From contig NC_010814.1 in assembly GCF_000020385.1 (NCBI RefSeq), positions 330,001 through 362,000 on the forward strand: a DNA stretch of 32,000 bases, read 5' to 3'. Shown piece after piece: positions 1 through 8,165 of the stretch; position 1 is the first letter of the stretch, and every line of letters begins with the position of its first letter. The notes beneath the pieces were generated by a model, which was given only the letters and a program-made list of their open reading frames with translations, was not told the origin of the DNA and ran no database searches. This stretch comes from Trichlorobacter lovleyi SZ. Lineage in GTDB: Bacteria > Desulfobacterota > Desulfuromonadia > Geobacterales > Pseudopelobacteraceae. Made by a program: the position numbers and the translations under genes.

Positions 1-741
1 CTGAGCTTTACCGGACTGGGCTACCTGATTGCCTTTATCTCCGAGAAGCTCTCCATCACCACCGGCATCCCCTATGGCTGGTACTACTACATTGACAGCA
101 CCAAGACCAGGGAACTCTGGATCTGGGGGGTGCCGTTCTTCGACTCGCTCTCCTATGTCTTTCTGACCTACTGCAGCTATACCACCGCCCTGCTGATCCT
201 GTCACCGCTGGCAACCCGTGGCGCAGATCTGATCACCCTGGAAACCCGTGCCATCCGGCGTTCATGGGCCGCCCTGGTGTTGGGTGCGTTCCTGCAGACC
301 TTTCTGGATATCATCATTGATCCGGTGGCGTTGCAGGGCAGTCGCTGGTTTCTGGGGCAGATCTACGGCTACAGAGAGGTGGGGGTGCATTTCGGGGTGC
401 CACTGTCCAACTACATCGGCTGGCTCCTGACCAGTTTTGTGCTGGTGGCTGTCTTTCAGTGGGTTGATCGCAGACAGGAAACAGAAACACCGCGCGGCAT
501 CTTCCCGATGCCGTTCAGGTCGCTGCTGGGGCCGATCCTGTATCTTTCAGTGCTGCTGTTCAACTGGGGGGTGACGCTCTGGATCGGGGAAAAATTGATG
601 GCGCTGACCGGCATCTTCATCTTTACCCTGCCGATTGTTTTGGTCGTCTTGCTGGCCCTGCAGCGGGTCAACCGCTACCGTGAAGAAGAACTGCGGGAAC
701 ATCTCAAGGATTATCCCTGGTCGCCGCTGGGCAGGTGGTAG
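1..741 (+). CDS. Integral membrane protein, carotenoid-biosynthesis-like (DUF422 / Caroten_synth type); 5' end lies outside the window
   Basis: Frame 1 is open from base 1 (LSFTGLGYLIAFISEKLSITTGIPYGWYYY...) and runs into the listed 130..741 ORF, ending at TAG 739-741. The protein is multi-pass and hydrophobic, with IIDPVA...W and GVPLSNYIGW motifs that I associate with DUF422. The family call is from memory. Confidence 0.55.
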   Translation: MSFTGLGYLIAFISEKLSITTGIPYGWYYYIDSTKTRELWIWGVPFFDSLSYVFLTYCSYTTALLILSPLATRGADLITLETRAIRRSWAALVLGAFLQTFLDIIIDPVALQGSRWFLGQIYGYREVGVHFGVPLSNYIGWLLTSFVLVAVFQWVDRRQETETPRGIFPMPFRSLLGPILYLSVLLFNWGVTLWIGEKLMALTGIFIFTLPIVLVVLLALQRVNRYREEELREHLKDYPWSPLGRW

Positions 742-789
742 CCATCTTGCCTTTATCGGCAATCTGAAAACAGCTGACTGCGCTTTTCA

Positions 790-1551
790 CTACAGCATCG
801 GCAGGATCTGCTGCAGGGCCAGGCCGAGATTTTTGCCGGCCCTGCCGCTGTTGGCCGCCAAGCGGGCCAGCTGGGGGATGATGCGCGGTTTTTTCAGGCA
901 GGTGAAGAGTACGCGGGGAATGCTGATCCTTAACTGTTCATCGGTCAGCTCATCCAGTGAAAACCCCAGTTCTTCGGCAGCATCATCGCTGATGGCACGT
1001 AACCCCAGAAAAGGGATTCCCGCTGCGGTGGCTGCCTGGGCAACGGCAGCACTCTCCATCTCCAGTACCGGGGTCGGGAGGTTGTCGGGCAGTGTTCCGG
1101 CGCAGGCGCTTTTGGTGACGATCCTGCCGGTGGTAATGAAGCTGCCCTGCCAGGTCCGCAGTCCTCTGTGCTGCAATTCGGCAGACAGCCGTGCAGTGAT
1201 CAGTTCACTTCCCGGCAGGGTTACTTCGTTCAGGCCGTTTTCGTTGTCAGTGAAGAGCCGTTTGCAGAGTACCAGATCGGCCACCTGCGCCCCCGGGCGT
1301 ACGGCACCGCAGAATCCGGCCGACAGCAGCAGGTTTGGCCGGTCCGCCTTGATCAGCTGGTGGGCTGCGAGGGCTGCAGCTGCCGTTCCCATGCCACCTT
1401 CAACCACCGTGACCAGGCGGTCCGCCAGCATGCCGCGGTAAAAGGGGATGCCCCCCATCAGGCGTCGCTTGACCTGCTGCAGACGTTTGACCAGAGCGAC
1501 CCGTTCCTCGGGCATTGCCACAATAATGCCGATATGCTTGACCGTATCCAT
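790..1551 (-). CDS. PNP_UDP_1 family phosphorylase/nucleosidase, HpnG-like (hopanoid-associated phosphorylase type)
   Basis: The listed ORF is 790..1677, but its upstream part overlaps the tRNA gene. The internal ATG at 1551 (MDTVKHIGIIVAMPEERVAL...) has a GGAGG about 12 nt upstream. Motifs seen: GIIVAMPEE, GGMGTAAAA, SAGFCG, EMESAAVAQ and ISD, typical of nucleoside phosphorylase family 1. Confidence 0.65.
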   Translation of the reverse strand: MDTVKHIGIIVAMPEERVALVKRLQQVKRRLMGGIPFYRGMLADRLVTVVEGGMGTAAAALAAHQLIKADRPNLLLSAGFCGAVRPGAQVADLVLCKRLFTDNENGLNEVTLPGSELITARLSAELQHRGLRTWQGSFITTGRIVTKSACAGTLPDNLPTPVLEMESAAVAQAATAAGIPFLGLRAISDDAAEELGFSLDELTDEQLRISIPRVLFTCLKKPRIIPQLARLAANSGRAGKNLGLALQQILPML

Positions 1552-1604
1552 GCTGCGTACTGTACCTCCATTTGTCGCCCCTGAAAAGCCCCTGATCAAA
1601 ATTC

Positions 1605-1633
1605 TGGACAAACAGGTCATATTCATGTAATTA
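1605..1633 (+). promoter_or_regulatory. Candidate sigma70-type promoter for tRNA-Ser
   Basis: TGGACA (1605-1610), 17-nt spacer, TAATTA (1628-1633). It lies about 15 nt upstream of the mature tRNA 5' end. Confidence 0.3.
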
Positions 1634-1647
1634 AAAAAGTTCTTCCT

Positions 1648-1738
1648 GGAGAGGTGTCCGAGTGGCTGAAGGAGCACGCCTGGAAAGTGTGTGTACGCTA
1701 ATCCCGTACCCAGGGTTCAAATCCCTGCCTCTCCGCCA
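1648..1738 (+). tRNA. tRNA-Ser, anticodon GGA
   Basis: Acceptor stem GGAGAGG/CCTCTCC. Anticodon stem CACGC/GTGTG with loop CTGGAAA (anticodon GGA). Long variable arm GTACG..CGTAC. T arm CAGGG-TTCAAAT-CCCTG. CCA is encoded. Confidence 0.92.
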
Positions 1739-1747
1739 TACCTATCA

Positions 1748-1785
1748 AAGGGCTACGTACTTGATTGTCGTAGCCCTTTTTCTTT
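1748..1785 (+). terminator. Rho-independent terminator after tRNA-Ser
   Basis: 10-bp stem AAGGGCTACG / CGTAGCCCTT with an 11-nt loop, followed by a T run (1777-1781). Confidence 0.6.
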
Positions 1786-1818
1786 GCCATCCCCTGAGCT
1801 AGCAAGGAGGACAGCCGC

Positions 1819-4185
1819 ATGCGCCCTGCCCGTACCCTTTCCCGTTGTGCCGCCCTGTTGCTGACTCTGGTTCTGGCGGGCTGTTTTGCCAAGCCGCTGC
1901 CGCCGGTGGTGGTACCACTGCCCACCCGCCAGATTGACTATCAGAAAGAGGTCAAGCCGTTGCTGGACAAGCGTTGCACGGTCTGCCACTCCTGTTATAA
2001 CTCCCCCTGTCAACTCAAGCTCGACTCCTTTGAGGGGCTTGACCGTGGAGCTTCCAAGCAGGCGGTCTACAACGGCACCCGTCTGCATACCATGGAGCCG
2101 ACCCGCCTGTTTGTTGATGCCCAGACCACCGGACAGTGGCGTACGAAAGGCTTTTCCAGTGTCACCGGCAGTACCGTGTCAGGCAACCTGAACGACTCGC
2201 TGATGATTCAGATGCTGGCTCATAAGATCAAAAATCCCAAGAGCAGTGGCGACTATCATCCTGAGGCTGATGATCTGACCTGCGCAAAGGACCAGGATGA
2301 ACTGGGCAGCTATCTTGCCAAACATCCCAATCGCGGCATGCCGTTCGGCTTCCCGCCGCTCAGGCAGGATGAGTTCAATCTGATTGCCGGCTGGCTGGTG
2401 CAGGGGGCCAAAGGGCCGGACGCTGCCCAACAGCAGGAGCTGACGCTGCCCAAGGCGGCAGATGCCCGCGCCGTAGCACAGTGGGAGACGTTTCTGAATC
2501 AGGATGGTCCCAAGCACGGCATGACCGCCCGTTATCTGTACGAACATCTCTTTCTGGCTCACCTGAAATTTGCTACAGGCACCAGTGAATTCTTCGAGCT
2601 GGTCCGTTCCCGCACGCCACCCGGCACGCCGCTGGAGCTGATCCCGAGTGTGCGGCCCTACGATGACCCCGGCGTGGCGCGGGTCTATTACCGTTTCAGG
2701 AAGATTCATTCAACCATTGTCCACAAGACCCACATGGTTGTTGGGCTGGATGATGCCTACCTGAAAAGGATTCAGGAACTGTTCATCCAGCCTGAGTGGC
2801 TGCAGACACCGCACCTGATGGGGTATGAACCGCAGTTGAGCGCCAATCCCTTTCTGGTCTATGAACAGATTCCGCCCCGCAGCCGTTATCAGTTTCTGCT
2901 GGATAACGCCAAATACATCATCATGACCTTTATCCACGGTCCGGTCTGCAAGGGACAGATTGCCCTGAATGTGATTGATGACCACTTCTGGGTGATGTTC
3001 ATGGACCCGGCCCATGACCTGATGGTGACCTATCCCGGTTTTGTCAGGCTGCACAGCGATACCCTGCGGATGCCGATTGAGCGGGGCAGCGACATGGGGA
3101 TCTTCTCCGCGGTGAGTGACCGTTACAGCAAGGGCGCCCTCACCTTCTACCAGGCCCGCCAGAATTTTTATGCGGCCCACCACTATGCCGGGCTGGGGTA
3201 TGAGGCGATCTGGAAGGGAAACCGGCCGGCCGATGCACCGCTCCTGACGGTCTACCGCCATTTTGATAACGCCTCCGTGCACAAAGGGGCGTTGGGCAAT
3301 CTCCCCAAGACGCTCTGGGTGATTGACTACCCTCTGCTGGAGCGGATCTACTATGCGCTGGTCGCCGGCTTTGATGTCTACGGTAACGTTGCCCACCAGC
3401 TGTCGTTGCGGCTCTACATGGATACGCTGCGGATGGAGGGTGAGAGCTACTTTCTCGATTTTCTGCCTGCTGATAAGCGTCAGGAGCTGATGCAGTCCTG
3501 GTATCTGGGGCTTGATCTGAAAAAAGTGGAGTATTATCCCTCGCCGCGGCCGGCCAGGATTACCTTTGCCACCAACGACCCCAAGCGGGAGTTTGTCGAG
3601 CAGTTGGTGGACAAGCACCTGTTGCCGGCAACCGGCATCGCTTTTGACCCGATCAATTACCTGCGGGCCGGTGCCAGCTATCCAAAGTTGCCGGAAAAGC
3701 TGCGCAGTATGGGTGACTACCTGCTGGCCTTCCGTTCCCTTGCCCGGCCCGGCATGCCGTTTATCGCCATGATCAACGATTACAACGCCAATCTTGCCTA
3801 TCTGCGGATTCGCCTTAACAACGGCAAAGATCTGGTTCATTCCGTTGTGATCAATCGTTGGCATGATAATGTGGCCTTCCTGTTCGGCGAGGATGGTCGC
3901 CTGGATCCGGCCAGGGATGATGCCGATTTTATTCCCGGTTTGATCGGTTCCTATCCCAACTACTTTTTTGATGTAGCTGAGTATGATCTGCCGGATTTCT
4001 TTCAGCTGCTGTCAAACTTTAAAGGGACGCCGGAGGATTTGGCGCGGCTCAAGAAGTATGGCATCAACCGTGCTGATGACCGCTTCTGGGACTCCTACGA
4101 CTGGTTTCAGAAACGGTTTGATCAGGAAAGCCCGGTCAATGGTGGCTTGCTGGATCTGAACCGGTACTATTATCAGGCAGACTGA
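1819..4185 (+). CDS. cti: Fatty acid cis/trans isomerase (CTI family), periplasmic c-heme protein with a lipoprotein-type signal peptide
   Basis: AAGGAGG RBS before ATG 1819. Signal/lipobox LLLTLVLAGC. CXXCH (CTVCH, nt 1975-1989) sits in the context RCTVCHSCYNSPCQLKLDSFEGLDRGASKQAVYNGTRL...PTRLFVDA, which matches my memory of the N-terminus of Pseudomonas/Vibrio Cti. The length (788 aa) also fits. Confidence 0.75.
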   Translation: MRPARTLSRCAALLLTLVLAGCFAKPLPPVVVPLPTRQIDYQKEVKPLLDKRCTVCHSCYNSPCQLKLDSFEGLDRGASKQAVYNGTRLHTMEPTRLFVDAQTTGQWRTKGFSSVTGSTVSGNLNDSLMIQMLAHKIKNPKSSGDYHPEADDLTCAKDQDELGSYLAKHPNRGMPFGFPPLRQDEFNLIAGWLVQGAKGPDAAQQQELTLPKAADARAVAQWETFLNQDGPKHGMTARYLYEHLFLAHLKFATGTSEFFELVRSRTPPGTPLELIPSVRPYDDPGVARVYYRFRKIHSTIVHKTHMVVGLDDAYLKRIQELFIQPEWLQTPHLMGYEPQLSANPFLVYEQIPPRSRYQFLLDNAKYIIMTFIHGPVCKGQIALNVIDDHFWVMFMDPAHDLMVTYPGFVRLHSDTLRMPIERGSDMGIFSAVSDRYSKGALTFYQARQNFYAAHHYAGLGYEAIWKGNRPADAPLLTVYRHFDNASVHKGALGNLPKTLWVIDYPLLERIYYALVAGFDVYGNVAHQLSLRLYMDTLRMEGESYFLDFLPADKRQELMQSWYLGLDLKKVEYYPSPRPARITFATNDPKREFVEQLVDKHLLPATGIAFDPINYLRAGASYPKLPEKLRSMGDYLLAFRSLARPGMPFIAMINDYNANLAYLRIRLNNGKDLVHSVVINRWHDNVAFLFGEDGRLDPARDDADFIPGLIGSYPNYFFDVAEYDLPDFFQLLSNFKGTPEDLARLKKYGINRADDRFWDSYDWFQKRFDQESPVNGGLLDLNRYYYQAD

Positions 4186-4195
4186 TACTGAGCAT

Positions 4196-6250
4196 TTACT
4201 GAGGGGTGCGGGGGGCCTGGCGCTGCTCCACCGGCAGCAAAAAATCCAGGGGGTGGTTGAAGAGACGGCGACGCAGAGGTGAAAGCAGTGAGCGGACAGA
4301 GCTGAAGGGCACTCCCCGTGAACGCAACGCCACCCAGAGCGCCAGAGAAAAGCTGACCAGCAGATTGACCAGCCCGATCAGCATCACCCCTCCGATGGCT
4401 GCCAGCAGGATAGAGGGTTGCAGCATGAAGCCGCTGGTTATCAGGGCGTAGCCGATATTGGCGGCTGAAAAGGCGATGTGGCGGATATCCAGCGGCAGGC
4501 CCAGCATCAGGCCAACCGCCGGAGTAACCCCCAGCATCAGGCCGAAAAACAGGTTGCCGGTCAGACCACCGGCATTGCTGCTGATATAGCTGCCGATCCG
4601 CCCGGCTCCACTGCTGCCGCTCATCCGCTGCAGCCAGGGCAGGCGGGCAATCCGCGGACCCACCTGGCTATGGGCTGAGAGGTTGTCGATATAGCCTGAG
4701 ATCAGGCCGGTTACAAACAGCCAGATCCCGGCAATGGCAGCATAGAAAAGCGAAAGCGTGGTAAACGGGTTGACTTCTTCTGCCAGGGCACAGGCCTTTT
4801 TCAGTGTAACCGGCTCATACTGCAGTAGACCGGCCACCAGGCCTATTACCAATGCCAGGGGAAAGGCCACACCGACATTGCCCAGCACTGCTGCAAACTG
4901 GCTGCGGGCTGTACTTACCATCAGCTCAAGCAGACGTTCCTGATCCCGTAGCCTCCCTCTGGTTTGGGAAACAGTGGCCGCTATGGCGGCAGCGGTCATG
5001 GCCGGCTGTTTGGTGGCAATGGTGAAGTGCAGCAGGTGAACCAGCAGGAATCCGCCGCCGTAGATCAGCCCGTTCAGCAGTCCCTGGCTGAGGACCGGCA
5101 GGTGCAGCCCGGCTCCCTTGATCTTCATCAGCGCCAGCAGGGCAATGATGACCCCGGCACCGGCAGCGGCCCGCAGCATCCCCCACCATTCCTTCCGGTC
5201 CGAGGCGATGTAGTGCTCACCGGTCCGGGCGGCATTTTCGGTCACCAGCAGAGCCACCTGGCCGGTCAGATCGGCAAAGTGTTGTCGCAGGCTGTTGCGG
5301 CGTAGCTCGCCCAGCACGGCATCAGCCAGAAAGACACTCCAGCGTTCCATCACCTCTCCGTCCGCTACCGTCTGCACCCGGATTGCCAATACCCCCACCA
5401 GCAGCTCCAGCCGTTGCAGATGTTGCTCAAGTCTGGTTAACAGAAAGGTCAACGACATGCTGGTCCCGGCCACCGCCGTTGCCTGCTGATGGGCGCGGCG
5501 CACCACCTCGCGGCATTGGCCGGTCAATACCAGCAGGTGTCGTTTGTCCTCCTCGCCGGGGGAGGTCTCGTCTTCGATCCGCAGTGCCTCGGTAGTGAAC
5601 CAGGCCAGTTCTTCATGCAGGGCCAGAAAGGGTGAACGGCTCGTCTTTAGCTGCGGCAGCACCCGCAGCAGTTCCGGCTCAAGGCCCATGGCACAGACCC
5701 GGTGGGACAACACCAGGCAGGCCTCGCTGATTTGCTCCAGCATGCGTGGTGAGGGCGGCGTCAGCAGGCGCCAGAAGGCCTGTTGTTCCTCAAGGGGGAT
5801 TGCGCCCAGCCAGGCCGCATCGCCGGGGTGATGAAACAACAGCCGGATACAGTCCCGCAGCTCGGCGGGGTCAGCCAGTTCAGGCAGCAGACGATGGGCC
5901 AGTTTGCGATGCAGCTCCGAGAAGAATCCGGTGTTGGGCAGCAGACCGGATTCGCTGTAGAGAGAGATCTGGCGGCGTTGAGCGAACAGCGTCAGCAGGG
6001 CGGTGCGCAGACCGTCATGGTAGCGAGGAATCTCCAGCAGTTGCAGCATCCGGTGCCAGCGTTGCAGAGCCTGATCGCTGCTGCTGCGACCGGGCCGTAC
6101 CGCATCAAACAGCTGCACCAGCAGCGGCAGCGGATCATCATTGGCTACGGTCAGCTGCTCCAGTGCCCGGCTGATGACATCGGCGTTGCTAAGCGGTTCA
6201 AATGGCGGTTGCACTAATTCTCCGCTCTCTGGGCCGGTGCCTGATACCAC
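4196..6250 (-). CDS. Large membrane protein: ~350-aa soluble N-terminal half plus polytopic C-terminal half. Architecture resembles the family misleadingly named 'site-specific recombinase' (PF10136-like). Function unknown
   Basis: 684-aa ORF starting at GTG 6250. An alternative GTG at 6214 overlaps the MscS stop (TAGTG) and has GGAG 5 nt upstream, so the true start may be 6214. The C-terminal half has many hydrophobic helices. I see no tyrosine or serine recombinase motifs. The family call is low confidence. Confidence 0.6.
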   Translation of the reverse strand: MVSGTGPESGELVQPPFEPLSNADVISRALEQLTVANDDPLPLLVQLFDAVRPGRSSSDQALQRWHRMLQLLEIPRYHDGLRTALLTLFAQRRQISLYSESGLLPNTGFFSELHRKLAHRLLPELADPAELRDCIRLLFHHPGDAAWLGAIPLEEQQAFWRLLTPPSPRMLEQISEACLVLSHRVCAMGLEPELLRVLPQLKTSRSPFLALHEELAWFTTEALRIEDETSPGEEDKRHLLVLTGQCREVVRRAHQQATAVAGTSMSLTFLLTRLEQHLQRLELLVGVLAIRVQTVADGEVMERWSVFLADAVLGELRRNSLRQHFADLTGQVALLVTENAARTGEHYIASDRKEWWGMLRAAAGAGVIIALLALMKIKGAGLHLPVLSQGLLNGLIYGGGFLLVHLLHFTIATKQPAMTAAAIAATVSQTRGRLRDQERLLELMVSTARSQFAAVLGNVGVAFPLALVIGLVAGLLQYEPVTLKKACALAEEVNPFTTLSLFYAAIAGIWLFVTGLISGYIDNLSAHSQVGPRIARLPWLQRMSGSSGAGRIGSYISSNAGGLTGNLFFGLMLGVTPAVGLMLGLPLDIRHIAFSAANIGYALITSGFMLQPSILLAAIGGVMLIGLVNLLVSFSLALWVALRSRGVPFSSVRSLLSPLRRRLFNHPLDFLLPVEQRQAPRTPQ

Positions 6251-7830
6251 TGCTCTTTGGGTACGATCTTCGCTTCAGGGGGATCACTCAGATAATGGGG
6301 TGACATGATCTGTACGCCATACTCGTTAAACACATCCTGAATGTTGCCATGCAGGGCACTTAGCACCTCGGCCCGCTGGGTCGGGCCGCTTCGCAGTACC
6401 TGACAGGCCAGCCGGTATTCGGGGTAGTAGTCGGACAGGGCGGTCTGGAAGACCCGGGGAGCCGGTTCACTCTGCACGCCGGGGGTGCGCCCAGCTGCTT
6501 CGATCAGCATGGCATGGACCTGACGCCAGGGGGTGTCATAGCCGATGGTTACGCCGGTCTCCAGAATAAAGCCGTCCCCCACGGTGCGGGAGTAGTTGCG
6601 GGAGACATTGCCGAGGATCAAGGCATTGGGCAGAGTCAGTTCTTCACCCAGCCCGGTGCGGATCCGGGTGGTGAACAGCCCCAGCTCCATGACCGTCCCC
6701 TGATGACCGGAGATCTGGACATACTCACCGGCCCGGATGGTACGGGTGTACATCAGGATCAGGCCGCTGGCAGCCTGACCCACCAGGCTGGAGGCCCCCA
6801 GCGAGACCATCAGACCGATCAGTACCGAAAGCCCCTTGAACGCCTCTGTGCCGGAGCCGGGCAGGTAGGGATAGGCCATTACCAGGGCAAACAGCCAGAT
6901 ACCGGCCGAGATCAGGCGGCGGGTTGGGCTGACCGTGTCCCGATCCAGCCAGGCAATCTCCAGTTTACCCTGCTCAACCCGCTCAAAGACCGTCTTCAGC
7001 AGATCGATCATAAACTTGGCGATCAGGAAGATCAGTACTGCCACCAGCAGATCCGGGATGGTGCGGGCGATAGCCCCGCCAAAGCGGGCTATCAGATCAA
7101 GCAGATACTGGGTCAACCGTTCCCCCCAGGGCCGGGTATAGGGAAAACGCCCCAGGGTAAAGCCCAGCCAGTCATAGAACAGAAACAGAGCCAGCGCCCA
7201 GTACACCAGCGTGACCGCCCGCCGAACCAGTTGCAGCAGACGCTCCCGGTTCATCAGGGATTCACCCCCCACGCTGAGGCGTTCTGCGTGGGTATGGGCA
7301 AGACTGGCCAGACGGAAGGTCAGCCATTTTCTGGCCCGGTGCAGCAGCCAGACCAACAGCAGAAACGCCAGGGTCGCTGCTAGAACAAAACCTGCAGCAC
7401 GCATTAAGACTTTCAGGTCACGGGCCTCGCGGGTTTCACGAACCACCAGTTCCAGCGCTGTTGCGGCATTTTTGGCTGCCTGCTCCAGAGATTCCTGTTT
7501 AAGCGGATCAACATCTTCAGGGACCATGGTAAAGGCCAGTACCCCGTCCAGCATAATGGAAATCCCTTGAGGAATCGGCTGCAGGGTGACCTTGCCGCTA
7601 CTGCTGGTAGCCAGCATACGCCGCAACACTTCACTGGCCCGCTGCGCCCGCTCTCCAACCGGAACCCCCAGCAACGGAGCACGGAATTCAACCACCGGGC
7701 GATTGAAGACGGTGACCGTGGCCGAGGTCTGAGTCGTCGCTGGGCTGACGGGTGGAGCTGCGTGGGCCGCCACCAGAGATGATACGAACAGGCAGATACA
7801 CAGCAGGATACGGATTAACTGATGGAACAT
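6214..7830 (-). CDS. Mechanosensitive ion channel family protein (MscS-like) with an N-terminal signal peptide and periplasmic domain
   Basis: The listed ORF is 6214..7848. The ATG at 7830 (MFHQLIRILLCICLFVSSLVAAHA) gives a clean signal peptide with GGAGG 11 nt upstream. The MscS core reads GEYVQISGHQGTVMELGLFTTRIRTGLGEELTLPNALILGNVSRNYS. Confidence 0.85.
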   Translation of the reverse strand: MFHQLIRILLCICLFVSSLVAAHAAPPVSPATTQTSATVTVFNRPVVEFRAPLLGVPVGERAQRASEVLRRMLATSSSGKVTLQPIPQGISIMLDGVLAFTMVPEDVDPLKQESLEQAAKNAATALELVVRETREARDLKVLMRAAGFVLAATLAFLLLVWLLHRARKWLTFRLASLAHTHAERLSVGGESLMNRERLLQLVRRAVTLVYWALALFLFYDWLGFTLGRFPYTRPWGERLTQYLLDLIARFGGAIARTIPDLLVAVLIFLIAKFMIDLLKTVFERVEQGKLEIAWLDRDTVSPTRRLISAGIWLFALVMAYPYLPGSGTEAFKGLSVLIGLMVSLGASSLVGQAASGLILMYTRTIRAGEYVQISGHQGTVMELGLFTTRIRTGLGEELTLPNALILGNVSRNYSRTVGDGFILETGVTIGYDTPWRQVHAMLIEAAGRTPGVQSEPAPRVFQTALSDYYPEYRLACQVLRSGPTQRAEVLSALHGNIQDVFNEYGVQIMSPHYLSDPPEAKIVPKEQWYQAPAQRAEN

Positions 7831-7939
7831 GGGCGGAGGGGCCTCCATGGATGCAGAATTGGCAGAAGTTTAGCACAGGCGGGCGGCACTGCAAGCGTGA
7901 ACCGGTCTATTTTCATGGTATTGGCGGCTTGAACAGGTT

Positions 7940-7968
7940 TTGACAAAACCGCAGCAGTGTGCTATGCA
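7940..7968 (+). promoter_or_regulatory. Candidate sigma70 promoter upstream of the SRP RNA
   Basis: TTGACA (7940-7945), 17-nt spacer, TATGCA (7963-7968). It would give a ~25-nt leader before the SRP RNA closing helix. Confidence 0.3.
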
Positions 7969-8000
7969 GACAACCTGCTCAATCCTCAGCATGTTCTGTT

Positions 8001-8128
8001 TGTGGGCGGAGATGACAGCCGGGCCCTGCGCAACGGCAGGCCGTGAACCCCGCCAGGTCCGGAAGGAAGCAACGGCAGCGGCTGTCGCTGTGTGCCGCAG
8101 GTAAACCCGGCTGTCATCTCCGCCCACA
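8001..8128 (+). ncRNA. ffs: Signal recognition particle RNA (small bacterial 4.5S type)
   Basis: Long closing helix TGTGGGCGGAGATGACAGCCGGG (8001-8023) pairs with CCCGGCTGTCATCTCCGCCCACA (8106-8128). The conserved domain IV sequence CCAGGTCCGGAAGGAAGCAAC lies at ~8053-8073. The position immediately upstream of dnaX is the common bacterial arrangement. The ends are approximate. Confidence 0.85.
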
Positions 8129-8165
8129 ACGTTTGTACTGCGTGTCCAGATTCAGGAAGCCACCC

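Noticed and set aside
2710-3864. 384-aa minus-strand ORF inside the cti gene
   Set aside because: It is antisense to a well-supported CDS, and the product is an Arg/Gly/Pro/Gln/His-rich low-complexity sequence typical of high-GC shadow frames. The same reasoning applies to 2179..2709 (-).
6514-7383. 289-aa plus-strand ORF opposite the MscS gene
   Set aside because: Shadow frame with a Gln/Gly/Pro/Asp-rich product. The MscS motifs are on the minus strand.
1648-7848. tRNA-Ser as the attachment site of a genomic island carrying cti, the 'recombinase'-named protein and MscS
   Set aside because: There is no integrase or excisionase, and I could not find a direct repeat of the tRNA 3' end downstream. 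By eye the GC content and codon style match the rest of the window. The 'recombinase' name is only a family label, and no catalytic motifs are visible.
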